Virus record (IMG/VR): IMGVR_UViG_3300028416_000004
Location: 62,001 to 126,000 of that record
Length of the DNA stretch: 64,000 nucleotides
Reading direction: 5' to 3' (one strand)
The notes beneath the pieces are model-generated. The model did no database searches. It was not told the origin of the DNA and saw nothing but the letters and a program-made list of their open reading frames with translations. Below, piece after piece: positions 50,715 through 61,221 of this stretch. The stretch's first letter is position 1. Every line of letters starts with the position of its first letter. The translations under genes and the position numbers were made by a program.

Positions 50715-50972
50715 TCATAATTCTTCAGTTGAAGTCCATTCCGTACCACTTAAAATTGTTTTAATTTCAGTGTATGTATATGGTCCTTCTTTTGTTGTTA
50801 GTGATTTAATAGAGGATGGTATTGTTTCACCTTCCCATTTAACAAATGTTTTAGTTTCATCAACTGAACGTCTAATTGTATCTTGTGATGTTTCTAATAC
50901 TTGTGTGAAATCAACTGTACCTAACTCAGATACATTAAAAATCATAAATTGTCTTGTTTCGTAATTTGTCAT
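50715..50972 (-). CDS. Small hypothetical protein in the LamG gene array
   Basis: 85 aa, VDFTQVLETS..T.RRSVD.TKTFVKW; tightly packed between LamG genes. Confidence 0.7.
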   Translation of the reverse strand: MTNYETRQFMIFNVSELGTVDFTQVLETSQDTIRRSVDETKTFVKWEGETIPSSIKSLTTKEGPYTYTEIKTILSGTEWTSTEEL

Positions 50973-50984
50973 AATATTTTATTT

Positions 50985-51704
50985 TTAAAGTCCAAATCTA
51001 CCTTTGGTTGCGTTATAGTTTTGTAATGCTTCTGAATCAGTTAGAACTCTATTGTAGATTTGAGAATTCGCTATTTTTCCATTTGCGTGATAACCCCCAA
51101 AATCACTATCTCTTCCTACGTAAAAATTAGTAGAGTTATTATTCATTGCGGTATAAGAACCAGCTGACAAATTATTATAACCAGTAGCCTCTACTCCGTT
51201 AATATAATGTTTAATTCCAGTACTTAATCCAGAACCATCATATGTTGAAATTAATGAAGTCCAAACATTTATTGGTATAGCTGTAGTAGTAGTTCTAGCG
51301 ATATAATTTGAAGAGTTATTATCTAATAAAATTAAACCAAGTACACTATTACCAAAAGGACCATGTAACCATTCAGTAGCTTTAGATAGTGTTCTAAACC
51401 TAACAGAACTATCACAGTACACCCAACAACCCACACTAAAAGGATTATCACTTGTACCGTTACCAAAACTAAATAAGTCACTATCATTAAAATTAACATA
51501 ATCATTCACACCATCAAATGATATACTTCCACCACCATCGGTTACATATGATGCTCCATTAGTTAAAACCCCATCATTATTATTTGAAGTTAAATCGAAC
51601 CAATCTGTTCCTGTACCTGGATAAGATGATGTATTACCAGCGTCTAAGTTTAAAACTAAACCTTCTTGTACTATTCCGAATCTTGGTCCTACTACTCCAC
51701 TCAT
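50985..51704 (-). CDS. LamG/concanavalin-A-like protein
   Basis: IVQEGLVLNLDAGN.SSYPG.G..WFDL...QIYNRVLT...QNYNA...RFGL. Confidence 0.85.
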   Translation of the reverse strand: MSGVVGPRFGIVQEGLVLNLDAGNTSSYPGTGTDWFDLTSNNNDGVLTNGASYVTDGGGSISFDGVNDYVNFNDSDLFSFGNGTSDNPFSVGCWVYCDSSVRFRTLSKATEWLHGPFGNSVLGLILLDNNSSNYIARTTTTAIPINVWTSLISTYDGSGLSTGIKHYINGVEATGYNNLSAGSYTAMNNNSTNFYVGRDSDFGGYHANGKIANSQIYNRVLTDSEALQNYNATKGRFGL

Positions 51705-52399
51705 AATCCAAATCTTGTTTTTAATGCGTTATAGTTTTGTCTAACTTCATCAGCACTTAATATTTTATTATATATTTTTAAACTTGGTATTTTGCCTTCA
51801 AATGGGTATGATGCTCCTCTATGGTTACCAATTCTTAGTTCATATGGTGTAGAATAATATTCATCCACAATTCCAGTCCATGTATTTGACGTTTCCAATT
51901 CTCCATTCACATATATTTGTACCGTTACATCACCAGATGAAAAATCTTGATGTAGCGTAGAACATACGTTATACCATGTGTTATCAGAATATGTTGTGGT
52001 AGTAAATAAACTTCTTTGAGTAGTGGTACCAGTTAATCTAGTCGAAAAAGAAAACATAAATCTATTATCAAACCTAAATGCGAGATACGGTAAGAAATTT
52101 GACCATGGCATATTGTTATTATTGTTTGATTGTGTTCTATTAAACCAAACATCCCAACTCATAGATGGTTTTTCACGATTATAGTTATTTACTGTCTGGG
52201 TATAATCATCTAAACCATCAAACACTAAACTACCTAAATTATCTGTTGTATATGAAACACCATTATTTAATGTCATGTCTTGGGAACCAACTAAATCATA
52301 TTCAGTTGTACTACCACTAACATAACTTTTATAATTAGAAGCATCAACATAAAACTCTAACCCATCTGTAACTATTTTTGGTGAATAATGAAAACTCAT
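51701..52399 (-). CDS. LamG/concanavalin-A-like protein
   Basis: Close paralogue of 49998..50711 (shared NNGVSYTTDNLGSL and FEGKIPSLKIYNKILS). Confidence 0.85.
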   Translation of the reverse strand: MSFHYSPKIVTDGLEFYVDASNYKSYVSGSTTEYDLVGSQDMTLNNGVSYTTDNLGSLVFDGLDDYTQTVNNYNREKPSMSWDVWFNRTQSNNNNNMPWSNFLPYLAFRFDNRFMFSFSTRLTGTTTQRSLFTTTTYSDNTWYNVCSTLHQDFSSGDVTVQIYVNGELETSNTWTGIVDEYYSTPYELRIGNHRGASYPFEGKIPSLKIYNKILSADEVRQNYNALKTRFGL

Positions 52400-52402
52400 A
52401 TT

Positions 52403-55400
52403 TTATATACTTCTTACTATTGTTTTTATTTCCCAAGTACCAGTTGTTGCTGATACAGTTAAATTAGCTGTACCTCCAGACACATTCATATCAAATGTAA
52501 CAGGACTAGTATCACCTATATCTGTAGTAGTTGTTTCTGTATAGTTAACAGATGAACCACTAAATATTGACATAATTGAACCAGCTCTAGCACCAGTTCC
52601 TGTTAAAGTATATTCAAAGAACCCACCAGTATATGCACTTAAAGGTATTGAATACAATTCTGTTAAACCTGATGTTATTGAAGTTTTGAATGTTGTATTT
52701 AATGAAGGAGCTTGATAATTACCCATCAAAATTTCATCATCACTATTAACTTCTAAAATAGGCAATCCAGATATATCATTAACAGCGAATAGTGTACCAG
52801 TAAGATTGTCTGTAATACTAAATAATTCACCAGCAGAACCTTGAACTGTAAATAATGGGTCAGTAGAACTTGAACCAATAATTGTTAAAACATTTTGTCC
52901 ACTTCCAGACAATCTTGTTTCTCCTAAAACATCTAAAGTGTATTGAGGATTTCCTATCCCTACACCAATATACCCTTTTGTACTACCAGAACCATGAATA
53001 TGTAAGTGTGGTGTTGCTGTAGCATTATTTCCTGCATAGAAATTAATACTATCTTCTGTGCCCGTTCCTGCACCATTAAATATATGTAAGTTATTTGCTG
53101 CTGTTGAAGCAAACATAAACGTATCATCTGATTCTCCACCATATGCAACAGATGCATCTCGATTTGAACCTAATACACCCATAACAATAGAACTTACATT
53201 ATCGTTAATTAATTGCATTACTGTTGAACCAGAAGAATTTGTTGTCTTTCCATAAAATTCAGCTGTATATGGCAACGTTCTATCAACTCTTGCACGAAAC
53301 TGACCTGTTGAACCAGATACCGACAATCTATCAGATGGAGTTTCTACACCAACACCAACATAACCATCATTGTCAATAACTAACTTATCTCCTCCTGAAA
53401 TATGCCCAAATGTAATAGTGTTTCCACTTGCTCCAATGACTGGTGTATTTGTCGTTAATGAATCATTAAATCTAATATTTACTCTTTCATCTCCACTCTC
53501 AAAATTAGCTAAACTATTTGCAACTGAATCATAAATATGTAATTTTTGTGTTGGAGTTTCAGTACCAATACCAATATATCCTTTTGTACTACCAGAACCT
53601 TGGATATGTAAATGCGAAGTTGATAACGCATTACCTCCAGCATAAAATCTAATGTAATCTTCTGTTCCAGTACCAGGTCCGTTAATCAAATTTAAACCAT
53701 TTGCAGCAGAATTAGAATAAATATAACTATCACTAGGTACACCAAAAGATTGTATTCCAGAATAAGTAGTTCCGACAGTACCGACATTTATTGAACTAGT
53801 ACCATCTGTTGCTCCAAATCTAATTAAACTATCTGTATCACTTGTTACAACACTTATAAGTGGTCCACTACCATTATCTAAATTAGTCGCAAATGTTGTT
53901 GTACCATCTGTCACTTCTAATATATCACTTGGTGTAATTGTACCAATACCAACTTTACCATCCGCTGTTACATCTAATAAGTTAGCACTATTGTTTCTAA
54001 CTCTAACAATGGGTCTAGTAGTAACACCACTCCAAGGGTCAACCCCAGGGTTTGTGGTAACTCTACCTTGTAACATTATCAATGGGTTGACACCAGTATC
54101 TACAGAAGGGTCTATAACTGATTGTATATATAAGTTTGTTGATGTATTAGTATTATTAAAAGACCTAAAAACTGGGTTGAATGAACCATCTGTAGATACA
54201 GCATTAGTTATAGCTAAATAATCTGTACTATCTATAGTTCTAAATCTAGCAATATCTTCAAAACTAGATGTGCCACCACTACTAACAATATCTAAATTAA
54301 ATGTTGGGTCACTAACACCAATACCAACATTTCCATCATTATAATATATACTTGTGCCTGATTGACTCCATGGAGTAGTTCCGCTTAAATTAGAACCATC
54401 ACCATAATATGTTGTAGCAGTTAAACTGCCATCTACAATAGTATCACTATCTATGTATGTATCATATCCAGCATTACCAACAAATACTCTATCTTGATTA
54501 TCAACACCAATTAGAGATACATTAACATCAGCAATTGTTCTACCTTGTAAGAAATAAGAATTATCTCTTAAATTAATATGTCCGTTAAATACATCTATTG
54601 CCGAGTTTGATGTAATACTACTAGCTGTTAGTGTATTAAGTGTTGTATCACCTGTAACATCTAAATCACCATTTATTGTTAAACCACTAACTTGATTAAA
54701 TGTTGAAGTAAGTGAACCACCATTATCATCGGTTATCGTAAATGTGTTATTATCATTATATGTAAATCCTGTAGTAGTTATACCCACATCAGTTCTAATA
54801 ACTTCTTGTGGTAAATTGTCCCCATTACCAACCCATAAATAACCTGTTGTTAAGTTTGGTAAACCAGCAGTTCTAGCAGTGTTAAATATAAATATTTGTC
54901 CGTTTGTAGTACCAACATTTAATACTTTAGCAATTCTTTGTATTTGTGTATTTGTACCAGTTGGTCTGAATTTAGTTAACCCACCATCAGTTTTTGACAT
55001 ATAAAGAACATCATTAACTTCCCATGTTTCACCAAATGGGTTAAGAGTTGTTGAACCACTTGTCGTATCAATACCGCTTAATTTACCGAAAGTGATAAGT
55101 GGATAAACACCAGCATTATCAAAATCTTCAGCAGTAAACCCAATTACTGGCATTGTACTACCAGTTGATGCATTAGCCAATTCAACTTCATGTATATCAT
55201 TATCAAACCCTGTAATATAAACTGGACAACCCTTATCTATTGTTCCAGCAGAACCTTTTTTACTCCATATAGTTACATTACCAGCAGAAACATATTCTTC
55301 ACCTGTTAACCATTGATTAGTAGGTGCATCAAAATAAAGTAATCTACCTTGATATGTATTATCTGGTGTTGCTGGTATATTTGTTGTTACATCATCTAAA

Positions 55401-56782
55401 TCGTTAAGTGTTATACCTGTGTATGTAGATGCTGATAACACCCCATCTATTGTTAACCCTGTAAGAGTGTTAATAGTTGCTGATAAATCGCTTAAACCAC
55501 CATTTCTACTAATTGTAAATGTGTTAGCATCATCATATGTAAATCCAGTAACATAGAAGTTATCACCACCACCTGTTGTAAATCCTGTTACAACAACACT
55601 ACCACCATCATTTCTATCTAATGTTAATGTTTCCGATGAGAATGTACCACCAGTAACAAATGTATTTGTATCAATAGGTATAGAAACATCAACTTTAATA
55701 ATATCATCTATTGTTGTGATTGTAGTATTACTACCACCACTAATTGTCCTAAAATATAAATCTGTTCCAGACTTGCCACTAAACACTTCATTAGCACCAC
55801 CACTATTAATTCCGTTTTGAATTTTAGAATCTAATTCGGTCTGTAAATTGGTAACATCAGATATTGTATGAGTATGTGCTGTAGATATTAAATTATTAAA
55901 TGATGTTTGATGTGGGTTATTTGTATCGCCAGTATGTGTATCAAATAATGTTAAATCAGTTTTTCCACTTAAGACTGGGGAAAGGTTTACACTATACAAA
56001 TTACCTCCTTGTATATTATTGTCAAACTCAATCGTTTCACCATTAAGATTAGCGGCTGTTGTATAACTATCTGTCATTCCAGTGGTAAAACCACTAACCT
56101 GAAAAGTCCCTCCAGTAGAATTTGTATAAGTGACAATGCCTGTCAATATATCATAAATACCACTAACAACATAAACATCAGATGCTAAAGATGATAAATC
56201 AGTATTAATAGTAATACCATCATTTCTACTTGTTGATAAATTATAAGTTAAACTATTAAAAGTTTGACCAGTTACAAATGTATCATTAACATCTATTGAC
56301 GATAAATCAACATCAAAAGAATTACCATCATTTCTTTCAAAAGTAATTAATGAAGTATTATTATCGTAAGTACCTCCAGTGGTATAAAAATCTGTAAAAC
56401 CACTAACTAAAACATTATTGCCATCATTTCTTTCTAATGTTAAAATTTGAGATGAAAAAGTACCGCCAGTTACATAAAAATTATCTGTTGATATACCACT
56501 TAAATTACTTCCATCACCATAAAAAGTACCTCCACTTATAATATTAGTTGATATTGAATTTAAAGAAATATCATCATCTAAATTTATAATAGGATTACTT
56601 GCTGTACCTCCTGTATTTATGTTAATACCTGGCTGAACATTTACATTAGAAGTAACAAATAAATCAGATAAATCAGTAGAACCAGAATAAATAGTTCCAC
56701 CACTTATTGTAACTCCAGAAACACTATCGAGAGATAAATTTCCTTGTATTTTTTCAGCATTTATATTTTTAGTTGCACTCAT
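52403..56782 (-). CDS. Long tail fibre-like protein
   Basis: 1459 aa, Thr/Gly/Ser-rich; N-terminal VTGGT...RNDG repeats and C-terminal GNVGIG fibre repeats. Confidence 0.8.
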   Translation of the reverse strand: MSATKNINAEKIQGNLSLDSVSGVTISGGTIYSGSTDLSDLFVTSNVNVQPGININTGGTASNPIINLDDDISLNSISTNIISGGTFYGDGSNLSGISTDNFYVTGGTFSSQILTLERNDGNNVLVSGFTDFYTTGGTYDNNTSLITFERNDGNSFDVDLSSIDVNDTFVTGQTFNSLTYNLSTSRNDGITINTDLSSLASDVYVVSGIYDILTGIVTYTNSTGGTFQVSGFTTGMTDSYTTAANLNGETIEFDNNIQGGNLYSVNLSPVLSGKTDLTLFDTHTGDTNNPHQTSFNNLISTAHTHTISDVTNLQTELDSKIQNGINSGGANEVFSGKSGTDLYFRTISGGSNTTITTIDDIIKVDVSIPIDTNTFVTGGTFSSETLTLDRNDGGSVVVTGFTTGGGDNFYVTGFTYDDANTFTISRNGGLSDLSATINTLTGLTIDGVLSASTYTGITLNDLDDVTTNIPATPDNTYQGRLLYFDAPTNQWLTGEEYVSAGNVTIWSKKGSAGTIDKGCPVYITGFDNDIHEVELANASTGSTMPVIGFTAEDFDNAGVYPLITFGKLSGIDTTSGSTTLNPFGETWEVNDVLYMSKTDGGLTKFRPTGTNTQIQRIAKVLNVGTTNGQIFIFNTARTAGLPNLTTGYLWVGNGDNLPQEVIRTDVGITTTGFTYNDNNTFTITDDNGGSLTSTFNQVSGLTINGDLDVTGDTTLNTLTASSITSNSAIDVFNGHINLRDNSYFLQGRTIADVNVSLIGVDNQDRVFVGNAGYDTYIDSDTIVDGSLTATTYYGDGSNLSGTTPWSQSGTSIYYNDGNVGIGVSDPTFNLDIVSSGGTSSFEDIARFRTIDSTDYLAITNAVSTDGSFNPVFRSFNNTNTSTNLYIQSVIDPSVDTGVNPLIMLQGRVTTNPGVDPWSGVTTRPIVRVRNNSANLLDVTADGKVGIGTITPSDILEVTDGTTTFATNLDNGSGPLISVVTSDTDSLIRFGATDGTSSINVGTVGTTYSGIQSFGVPSDSYIYSNSAANGLNLINGPGTGTEDYIRFYAGGNALSTSHLHIQGSGSTKGYIGIGTETPTQKLHIYDSVANSLANFESGDERVNIRFNDSLTTNTPVIGASGNTITFGHISGGDKLVIDNDGYVGVGVETPSDRLSVSGSTGQFRARVDRTLPYTAEFYGKTTNSSGSTVMQLINDNVSSIVMGVLGSNRDASVAYGGESDDTFMFASTAANNLHIFNGAGTGTEDSINFYAGNNATATPHLHIHGSGSTKGYIGVGIGNPQYTLDVLGETRLSGSGQNVLTIIGSSSTDPLFTVQGSAGELFSITDNLTGTLFAVNDISGLPILEVNSDDEILMGNYQAPSLNTTFKTSITSGLTELYSIPLSAYTGGFFEYTLTGTGARAGSIMSIFSGSSVNYTETTTTDIGDTSPVTFDMNVSGGTANLTVSATTGTWEIKTIVRSI

Positions 56783-56803
56783 CTTTAATAAATATTATCA
56801 TTT

Positions 56804-57001
56804 TTATTCTTTATTACTTTCTATCCAAATTAAATATTCTTCTGGAGACTCTTGACTCCAAAACCAATCATCAATCGGATATTCATATGTATCTTTATTT
56901 TCTTTTAAAAGTGTATAATTTAAATTATAAACAGCATTAGGTGCATAAAACCATTTTTCACCATCAAACTTATAAAATCCACTTGTATCTAATTTTTCCA
57001 T
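56804..57001 (-). CDS. Small hypothetical protein
   Basis: 65 aa, DTSGFYK...APN.V...Y.YPID.W.W; coupled to the LRR gene. Confidence 0.65.
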   Translation of the reverse strand: MEKLDTSGFYKFDGEKWFYAPNAVYNLNYTLLKENKDTYEYPIDDWFWSQESPEEYLIWIESNKE

Positions 57002-57005
57002 TTTA

Positions 57006-59174
57006 TTATATTGTTACTGTCCATCCTTTGTTAGTTGCTATTAAAATATCAGTAGCAGATAAATTTGCTGTACCTGGATTACCACTAACATTTATAACTT
57101 TAGCTGATGCTATACCTAAATTGTTGAATATATTCACTATGTTATCCCTATCTAAATTGTTATTTTGGAATTCTAAATTCTGTACAGCTCCATATATATT
57201 ACAAATAGATAGATTGTATGTGGAACCATTAAACATATCTCTACCATCAGTCACGGAAGACAAATCCCAAGAACCTATTTTCCTTAATTGGTTTGTTGTT
57301 GAATAAAAACACCTATATGTGTTTGTGACGTTAGATGTGTCAAGTGTTGGTAACTCAAATAACATACCACAAGAATAAAACGTTTGATACAAACTGGTAA
57401 CATTAGATGTGTTGTATTGTGGTATACTTTTCAGACGATTACAATCATAAAACATTTGTTGCATACTTGTACAACTTGACAAATCCATATCAGGACCTTC
57501 TTCTAATTTATAACAATTTTGAAACATGCTTTGCATTGTAGTTACATTTGATGTATCATCTAAACTAACACTTTCCAACTCATAACAATTTTGGAACCAT
57601 AACGAACAATATGTCACAGCTGACATACCAACACACGTTATTGATGATAAACTACGACAATCCTTGAACGTATATAATTCATTCGTAACACTATTACTGA
57701 AATCTATTGTTGGTAACCATTTCAACTCATAACAACCACTAAATGTTTCCCTAAAGTTTGTACCACTACTCGTTGAAAAATCAACCCCAACAGATTGTAA
57801 ACGAGTACAACCATAAAACATTCTATAAAAATTTTGGATGTTAGATGTATCCACATTTGGGAACTCTCTTAATTCTGTAGCTTGTCTAAACATGTTATTA
57901 GCATCTGTGACACTAGACATATCTAGTGGTGGTAGTGTCTCTATATCCGATGAATAGAACATTTGTACCATATTAGTCACGTTAGATGTATCGAACAACG
58001 GTATTGTTTTAATGTTTTTTGTGTTGTAAAACATACTAGACATAGTAACCACACTACTCGTATCCATCATCGGTATTTTATATAACCCAGTACCATTAAA
58101 CATACTAGACATATTAGTTACGTTACCAGTGTTACTAATAGATAAATTTTTAGTTAACCACCTAGTCACTTGAAACATTAAACTAGTTGTGGTACAATTA
58201 CTCAAATCTAATGGTGGTAAACTCCATAATTCATAACAATTTTGGAATAACCCTTGACAGTTGGTTGAATTAACTGTGTTGATACCAAGAACCTTTCTTA
58301 ATACAACACAGGTTGTGAATGTTTCTCTAAAGTTAGTACAAGATGTGGTATTATTAAGTTCAACTTCTCTTAAACTCCTACAACTATAAAACATTCTATA
58401 AAGTGTTGTAACTGAAGAACAATCAAATATTGGGACTCTTTCTAAATTACTACAATTATAAAACATACTATCCATTTGTAACACGTTAGATGTATCTAAA
58501 TCTGGTATTTCAATTAAATTACTACAACCAATAAACATACTAGATGCATCAGTAATTCCATACATATCAAAATTACTCAACTTATATATTTGAGAATATC
58601 CAAACAAATTAGTAGCATTTGTAATTGAATGAGAACCAATCCAATCTATATGTTCTAACATATTACTATAACTACTACCTAAATCACCCGATGTTAAATT
58701 AGGTACAGATAATCTAATCTCTAAAACACCATTATAAGTATTTCCATATCCACCTGTTCCAGCAAAAGGAACTTCATCAATATCAAAATTCGTTAATGTC
58801 TGTCCACTTTGTGGTGTAATGGTTACCACTGCCTGTCTATAACCATAACTTGTTGTTGTTGCTGACGAAACGCCACTATATTGTATATTATATGTTGTTA
58901 CATCACCACCAGTTGTTGGGTGGTTAGCAGTATATCCAGTACTAAAACCATCACCCCAATCAACTTCAAAATCACCAGCACATCTAAAACCTAAATAATT
59001 ATCACCATCTTCAAATACCGCAACCAATAAATGTATTATATCTTCACCACTAGTTACTGAAGGTAAATCAATCCATTCACTAGGTCTAGTATATGTTTTG
59101 TACGGTGTTGGGTCATCAGGTGGATTACCACTATTTACCGTTAATCTATTATTATTTACTAATATAACTGACAT
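57006..59174 (-). CDS. BspA/DUF285-like leucine-rich repeat protein
   Basis: About 17 repeats of the form LDTSNVTNM..MF..C..L..IP; N-terminal VDWGDG (PKD-like) motif. Confidence 0.85.
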   Translation of the reverse strand: MSVILVNNNRLTVNSGNPPDDPTPYKTYTRPSEWIDLPSVTSGEDIIHLLVAVFEDGDNYLGFRCAGDFEVDWGDGFSTGYTANHPTTGGDVTTYNIQYSGVSSATTTSYGYRQAVVTITPQSGQTLTNFDIDEVPFAGTGGYGNTYNGVLEIRLSVPNLTSGDLGSSYSNMLEHIDWIGSHSITNATNLFGYSQIYKLSNFDMYGITDASSMFIGCSNLIEIPDLDTSNVLQMDSMFYNCSNLERVPIFDCSSVTTLYRMFYSCRSLREVELNNTTSCTNFRETFTTCVVLRKVLGINTVNSTNCQGLFQNCYELWSLPPLDLSNCTTTSLMFQVTRWLTKNLSISNTGNVTNMSSMFNGTGLYKIPMMDTSSVVTMSSMFYNTKNIKTIPLFDTSNVTNMVQMFYSSDIETLPPLDMSSVTDANNMFRQATELREFPNVDTSNIQNFYRMFYGCTRLQSVGVDFSTSSGTNFRETFSGCYELKWLPTIDFSNSVTNELYTFKDCRSLSSITCVGMSAVTYCSLWFQNCYELESVSLDDTSNVTTMQSMFQNCYKLEEGPDMDLSSCTSMQQMFYDCNRLKSIPQYNTSNVTSLYQTFYSCGMLFELPTLDTSNVTNTYRCFYSTTNQLRKIGSWDLSSVTDGRDMFNGSTYNLSICNIYGAVQNLEFQNNNLDRDNIVNIFNNLGIASAKVINVSGNPGTANLSATDILIATNKGWTVTI

Positions 59175-59175
59175 T

Positions 59176-61185
59176 TTATCCTCTTATTAATCTAACCCAA
59201 TCATTATCATTAATAGCAATGAAAAAATAATTTCCATCGAAATACATTTGTCCTTGATAAGTATTTGATATAGTACTTCCTGTATATATTCCATTTATAT
59301 CCCAATTACTAACATTACTCAAAAGAGTTGTTGCTAATCCTGAAGATAAAAATTGGTCAACAATTGGTATTTCTGTTACAGTACCTCCACTAACAACATC
59401 TGAACCTAATACAGCTTTTTGAGTTACATCTTGCATTTTATTGTAAGTAACAGAATTTGGCTGTATTGTTGTGACTCCTAAGTTATTTATATTTACATCA
59501 CCAGTCATCTGAACTGATTGTGCTGTATTACCAGAATCTCCAACAAAAATTTCACCATAATTTAAATCTGGTTGTGAAGTAAATCCAGTAACAATAACAC
59601 TATTTCCATCATTTCTGTCAAGTGTTAAAGTTTCTAACGAAAAACTACCTCCAGTAACATAAAAATTATCTGTTGATATACCACTTAAATTACTTCCATC
59701 ACCATAATAAGTAACTCCAGATAAAACTGATATAGTTGTTGTTAAGTCTGATAAACTATCATTTCTTGATATAGTGAATGTATTTATATCATCATATGTA
59801 AAACCAGTTACATAAGTATTTGTATCTGTATCTCCAGTTGTTCCAATAACAAGATTTCCATTGATATCTACACCTAAATTGTTTACTGAAGTACCTGTGA
59901 ATAAATTGTTTAATGTTAAACCACTTGTTATTGTAATAAAACTATCAAATGTCCTTGTACCACCAGTTGGTGCTTCAACAATTTCTTTTAATTGAATTTC
60001 ATTTAAATTATTAACTTCTATTGTGACTTCATCTGTCGCTGGTAAGGATGTTAAATCAACATCATATGTTGTGCTATCATTTTTTTCAAATGTAATAATA
60101 GATGTATTATCATCATAAGTTCCACCTGTTGTAAAAGTATCAGTAACACCAGTAATATCTATTGTAACAGAATCATTTCTCGTTAATGTAATTACATCAG
60201 TAGAGTCATCATATGTACCACCTGTAATAAATGTATTTGTATCGATAGGTACATTCACATCAACTCTAATAACATCATCTATTGTAGTTATTGTTGTGTT
60301 ACTACCTCCACTAAGTGTTCTAAAATATAAATCAGTTCCAGACTTACCACTAAAAACTTCATTTCCACCACCACTATTAATGCCATTCTCAATCTTAGAG
60401 TCTAATTGTGTTTGTACATCACCACTATAAACATTAAATGTATTTATATTTAATTTTGAATCTATTTCTACTTTAGTATCTGCTGTATATGAATGAAAAT
60501 CTGTATTATTAGTTTTTCCACTTAATACTGGGGAAAGATTTACATTATATAAATTAGTTCCTTGTATATTATTATCAAATTCAATTACTTCACCGTTAAG
60601 ATTAGCTGCACTTGTATAACTATCTGTCATTCCAGTAGTAAAACCACTAACTTGAAAAGTTCCACCACTAGAATTAGTATAAGTAACAACACCTGTTAAT
60701 ACATCATAAACACCACTAACAACATAAACATCTGAAGCTAAAATTGATAAATCTGAATTTATAGTAACACCATCATTTCTTTTAGTAGATAATATATAAG
60801 TATTATTATCAAATGTTTGACCTGTAATATATGTATCATTTAAATCTAAACTAGATAAATCTACTAAAAAATTAGTTCCATCATTTTTATCAAAAGTAAT
60901 TAATCCACTATTGTTATCATAAGTACCTCCAGTAGTAAAAGTGTCTGTTATTCCAGAAATCTCTAAATTTACATTATCATTTCTATTTAATGTTATAATA
61001 TCAGTATTAGAATCATAAGTCCCCCCAGTTACATAATAATTAAAATTAGTATCTCCAGTAACACCAACAACAACATTACCATTTATATCAATACCTAAAT
61101 TATTTACAGAACTACCAGAATAAAGACTATTAATTTTTAAATAATCTAAGTCAACTAGCCCTTTTATTCTTTTTTCTAAACTCAT
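59176..61185 (-). CDS. Fibre-like structural protein with VTGGTY...RND repeats
   Basis: Shares long modules with 52403..56782. Confidence 0.75.
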   Translation of the reverse strand: MSLEKRIKGLVDLDYLKINSLYSGSSVNNLGIDINGNVVVGVTGDTNFNYYVTGGTYDSNTDIITLNRNDNVNLEISGITDTFTTGGTYDNNSGLITFDKNDGTNFLVDLSSLDLNDTYITGQTFDNNTYILSTKRNDGVTINSDLSILASDVYVVSGVYDVLTGVVTYTNSSGGTFQVSGFTTGMTDSYTSAANLNGEVIEFDNNIQGTNLYNVNLSPVLSGKTNNTDFHSYTADTKVEIDSKLNINTFNVYSGDVQTQLDSKIENGINSGGGNEVFSGKSGTDLYFRTLSGGSNTTITTIDDVIRVDVNVPIDTNTFITGGTYDDSTDVITLTRNDSVTIDITGVTDTFTTGGTYDDNTSIITFEKNDSTTYDVDLTSLPATDEVTIEVNNLNEIQLKEIVEAPTGGTRTFDSFITITSGLTLNNLFTGTSVNNLGVDINGNLVIGTTGDTDTNTYVTGFTYDDINTFTISRNDSLSDLTTTISVLSGVTYYGDGSNLSGISTDNFYVTGGSFSLETLTLDRNDGNSVIVTGFTSQPDLNYGEIFVGDSGNTAQSVQMTGDVNINNLGVTTIQPNSVTYNKMQDVTQKAVLGSDVVSGGTVTEIPIVDQFLSSGLATTLLSNVSNWDINGIYTGSTISNTYQGQMYFDGNYFFIAINDNDWVRLIRG

Positions 61186-61221
61186 TTTTATTTAATATAT
61201 TTTATATATTCTTTTTTTATT

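Noticed and set aside
812-57306. Short plus-strand and nested ORFs in the ORF track (e.g. 812..1048, 4751..4969, 7368..7748, 22353..22649, 33650..33955, 56941..57306)
   Set aside because: They are antisense or alternate-frame shadows of well-supported genes and carry no recognisable motifs
47833-61185. Diversity-generating retroelement (TR/VR pair) among the fibre repeats
   Set aside because: In the pair compared base by base, both copies are coding and differ at synonymous positions rather than adenine-specifically; no reverse transcriptase in the window
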